This document shows positions 35,069 to 35,687 of a DNA stretch of 35,687 bases, one piece after another. This DNA is from a virus. Taxonomy: Duplodnaviria; Caudoviricetes. Positions within the stretch are counted from its first letter, which is position 1. Every line of letters begins with the position of its first letter. The notes beneath the pieces are model-generated. The model made no database searches, had not been told where the DNA came from, and saw only the letters and a program-made list of their open reading frames with translations. The DNA lies in the IMG/VR virus record IMGVR_UViG_3300022893_000003, positions 1-35,687 of that record, one strand, 5' to 3'. Made by a program: the position numbers and the translations under genes.

Positions 35069-35300
35069 ATTCTTCTATAGCAGGCGCAAGATGAATAGCA
35101 ACTGCTGCATTAGCCCACATTTGGGCCTCCTGCAATGCAGTCAGCGCTAAAGACTTCTCACGGCTGTCGGGAAGAACTTTAGTGTAATGCTGCGCTAAGG
35201 ACTCACTCTTAATTCGAATTTCCCTATGCATAGGACCAGTAATATCAGTCCTTGCATGAAAAGCGAATCGGTTGTGGATTTCCTTATCGTCAGTGCTCAT
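35067..35300 (-). CDS. Acb2/Tad1-like helical-hairpin protein (putative nucleotide-signal sponge)
   Basis: PDSREKSLALTALQEAQMWANAAVA matches the conserved C-terminal helix pattern of Tad1 and Acb2 (SRE...ALT..EEA.MW). Confidence 0.7.
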   Translation of the reverse strand: MSTDDKEIHNRFAFHARTDITGPMHREIRIKSESLAQHYTKVLPDSREKSLALTALQEAQMWANAAVAIHLAPAIEE

Positions 35301-35687
35301 CAGAAGTTGCTCAGCAGCGGGTTAACAGTAGTAACTGTATCACGCAGAGCAACCTTGCGAATGTTGACATAAGTCTTATCGCCAACATTCTTGTTCTGAA
35401 TCGTCACGGAGACTTCAACTCCGATAATGTCAGCAGGCTCAAGAGTTGCAGACTGCTCATCCGTAACTCCAAGAGAGACGAGTCGGCGCTTAAGCCACAC
35501 TCGACGCTCGGAGGGAAGATTAGGATCGAGGTCGAAGAATTCGGAAGCGGAGCGTCCACCATAATCCTCAACATCCTGATCAAGAGTGTAAGTAATCTGC
35601 CACAACTGCTTGTTTGCATCCTTCTTGGGGTTCATAATCTTGCTATCACTAACAGTTGCAGGGTAGACACCATTTGCAATACTCCAG
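35300..35687 (-). CDS. Probable ssDNA-binding protein (DUF669-like), 5'-truncated by the window
   Basis: The frame stays open to the window edge (...WSIANGVYPATVSDSKIMNPKKD). G.YPATV, WQITY, DIIG.EV.VTI and YVNIRKV give an OB-fold-like pattern within the replication module. Confidence 0.65.
   Translation of the reverse strand, partial: WSIANGVYPATVSDSKIMNPKKDANKQLWQITYTLDQDVEDYGGRSASEFFDLDPNLPSERRVWLKRRLVSLGVTDEQSATLEPADIIGVEVSVTIQNKNVGDKTYVNIRKVALRDTVTTVNPLLSNF

Larger units (their letters stand above)
156..35171. repeat. Dispersed over-represented motif CTGTCGG(G/A), usually preceded by CC or GG
   Basis: + strand CTGTCGGG at 156, 664, 1111, 2698, 3891, 8840, 14197, 14296, 16004, 23383, 23451, 32810, 33690, 35052, 35164. 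+ strand CTGTCGGA at 8368, 15894, 16119, 26581. Reverse complement at 9252, 14120, 16877, 20180, 23099, 26843, 29649, 29851, 33713, 35018. Confidence 0.88.
1..35687. mobile_element. Tailed dsDNA bacteriophage genome segment (podovirus-like, probable actinobacterial host)
   Basis: Contiguous terminase, portal, scaffold, capsid, tail, lysis and ejection genes converge on a replication module. No host housekeeping genes, integrase or tape measure gene are seen. WhiB is present. Confidence 0.96.

Noticed and set aside
156-35171. CTGTCGG copies as PafBC-dependent promoters (TGTCGG-N10-TANNNT) or as a CRISPR array
   Set aside because: The copies I checked lack TANNNT at the 10-nt spacing (two have it at 9 nt, at 2714 and 35180), and most are mid-gene. 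They are too short and too irregularly spaced for CRISPR repeats.
1-35687. Genome-wide TAG stop-codon reassignment
   Set aside because: Long genes are intact under code 11, and TAG ends several clear genes, often forming the TAGGAG RBS of the next gene. Only the TAG at 21032 is suspicious.

Overview
The whole window is bacteriophage DNA. It looks like a podovirus-type (short-tailed) tailed phage, probably infecting an actinobacterium because it carries a WhiB regulator, although it is fairly AT-rich (roughly 40-45% GC by eye). On the + strand (1-30229) are: a TerS-like HTH protein, WhiB, terminase large subunit, portal, scaffold, major capsid, a tail-fibre/spike cluster (including a 1022-aa SGNH esterase + Ig-like protein), a holin candidate and endolysin, adaptor and nozzle, basic/ejection proteins, a 2262-aa internal virion protein and an M23 peptidase. 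A bidirectional terminator lies at about 30232-30276. On the - strand are: an SSB-like protein (cut by the window edge), an Acb2/Tad1-like anti-defence candidate, tRNA-Lys(UUU), a RepB-type primase-helicase, a family A DNA polymerase (Tyr762 type) and a RuvC-like resolvase. The most striking unexplained signal is a dispersed motif, CTGTCGG(G/A). I count about 29 copies by hand against about 1 expected. It occurs on both strands and in several reading frames, often as close inverted pairs, and forms part of two intergenic hairpins. Other notable points are a probable +1 frameshift at 21023-21027, a ~20-aa N-terminal signal shared by two ejection-type proteins, and an apparently split tail-fibre gene. 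All counts are manual, and all family assignments come from motif recognition, not database searches.
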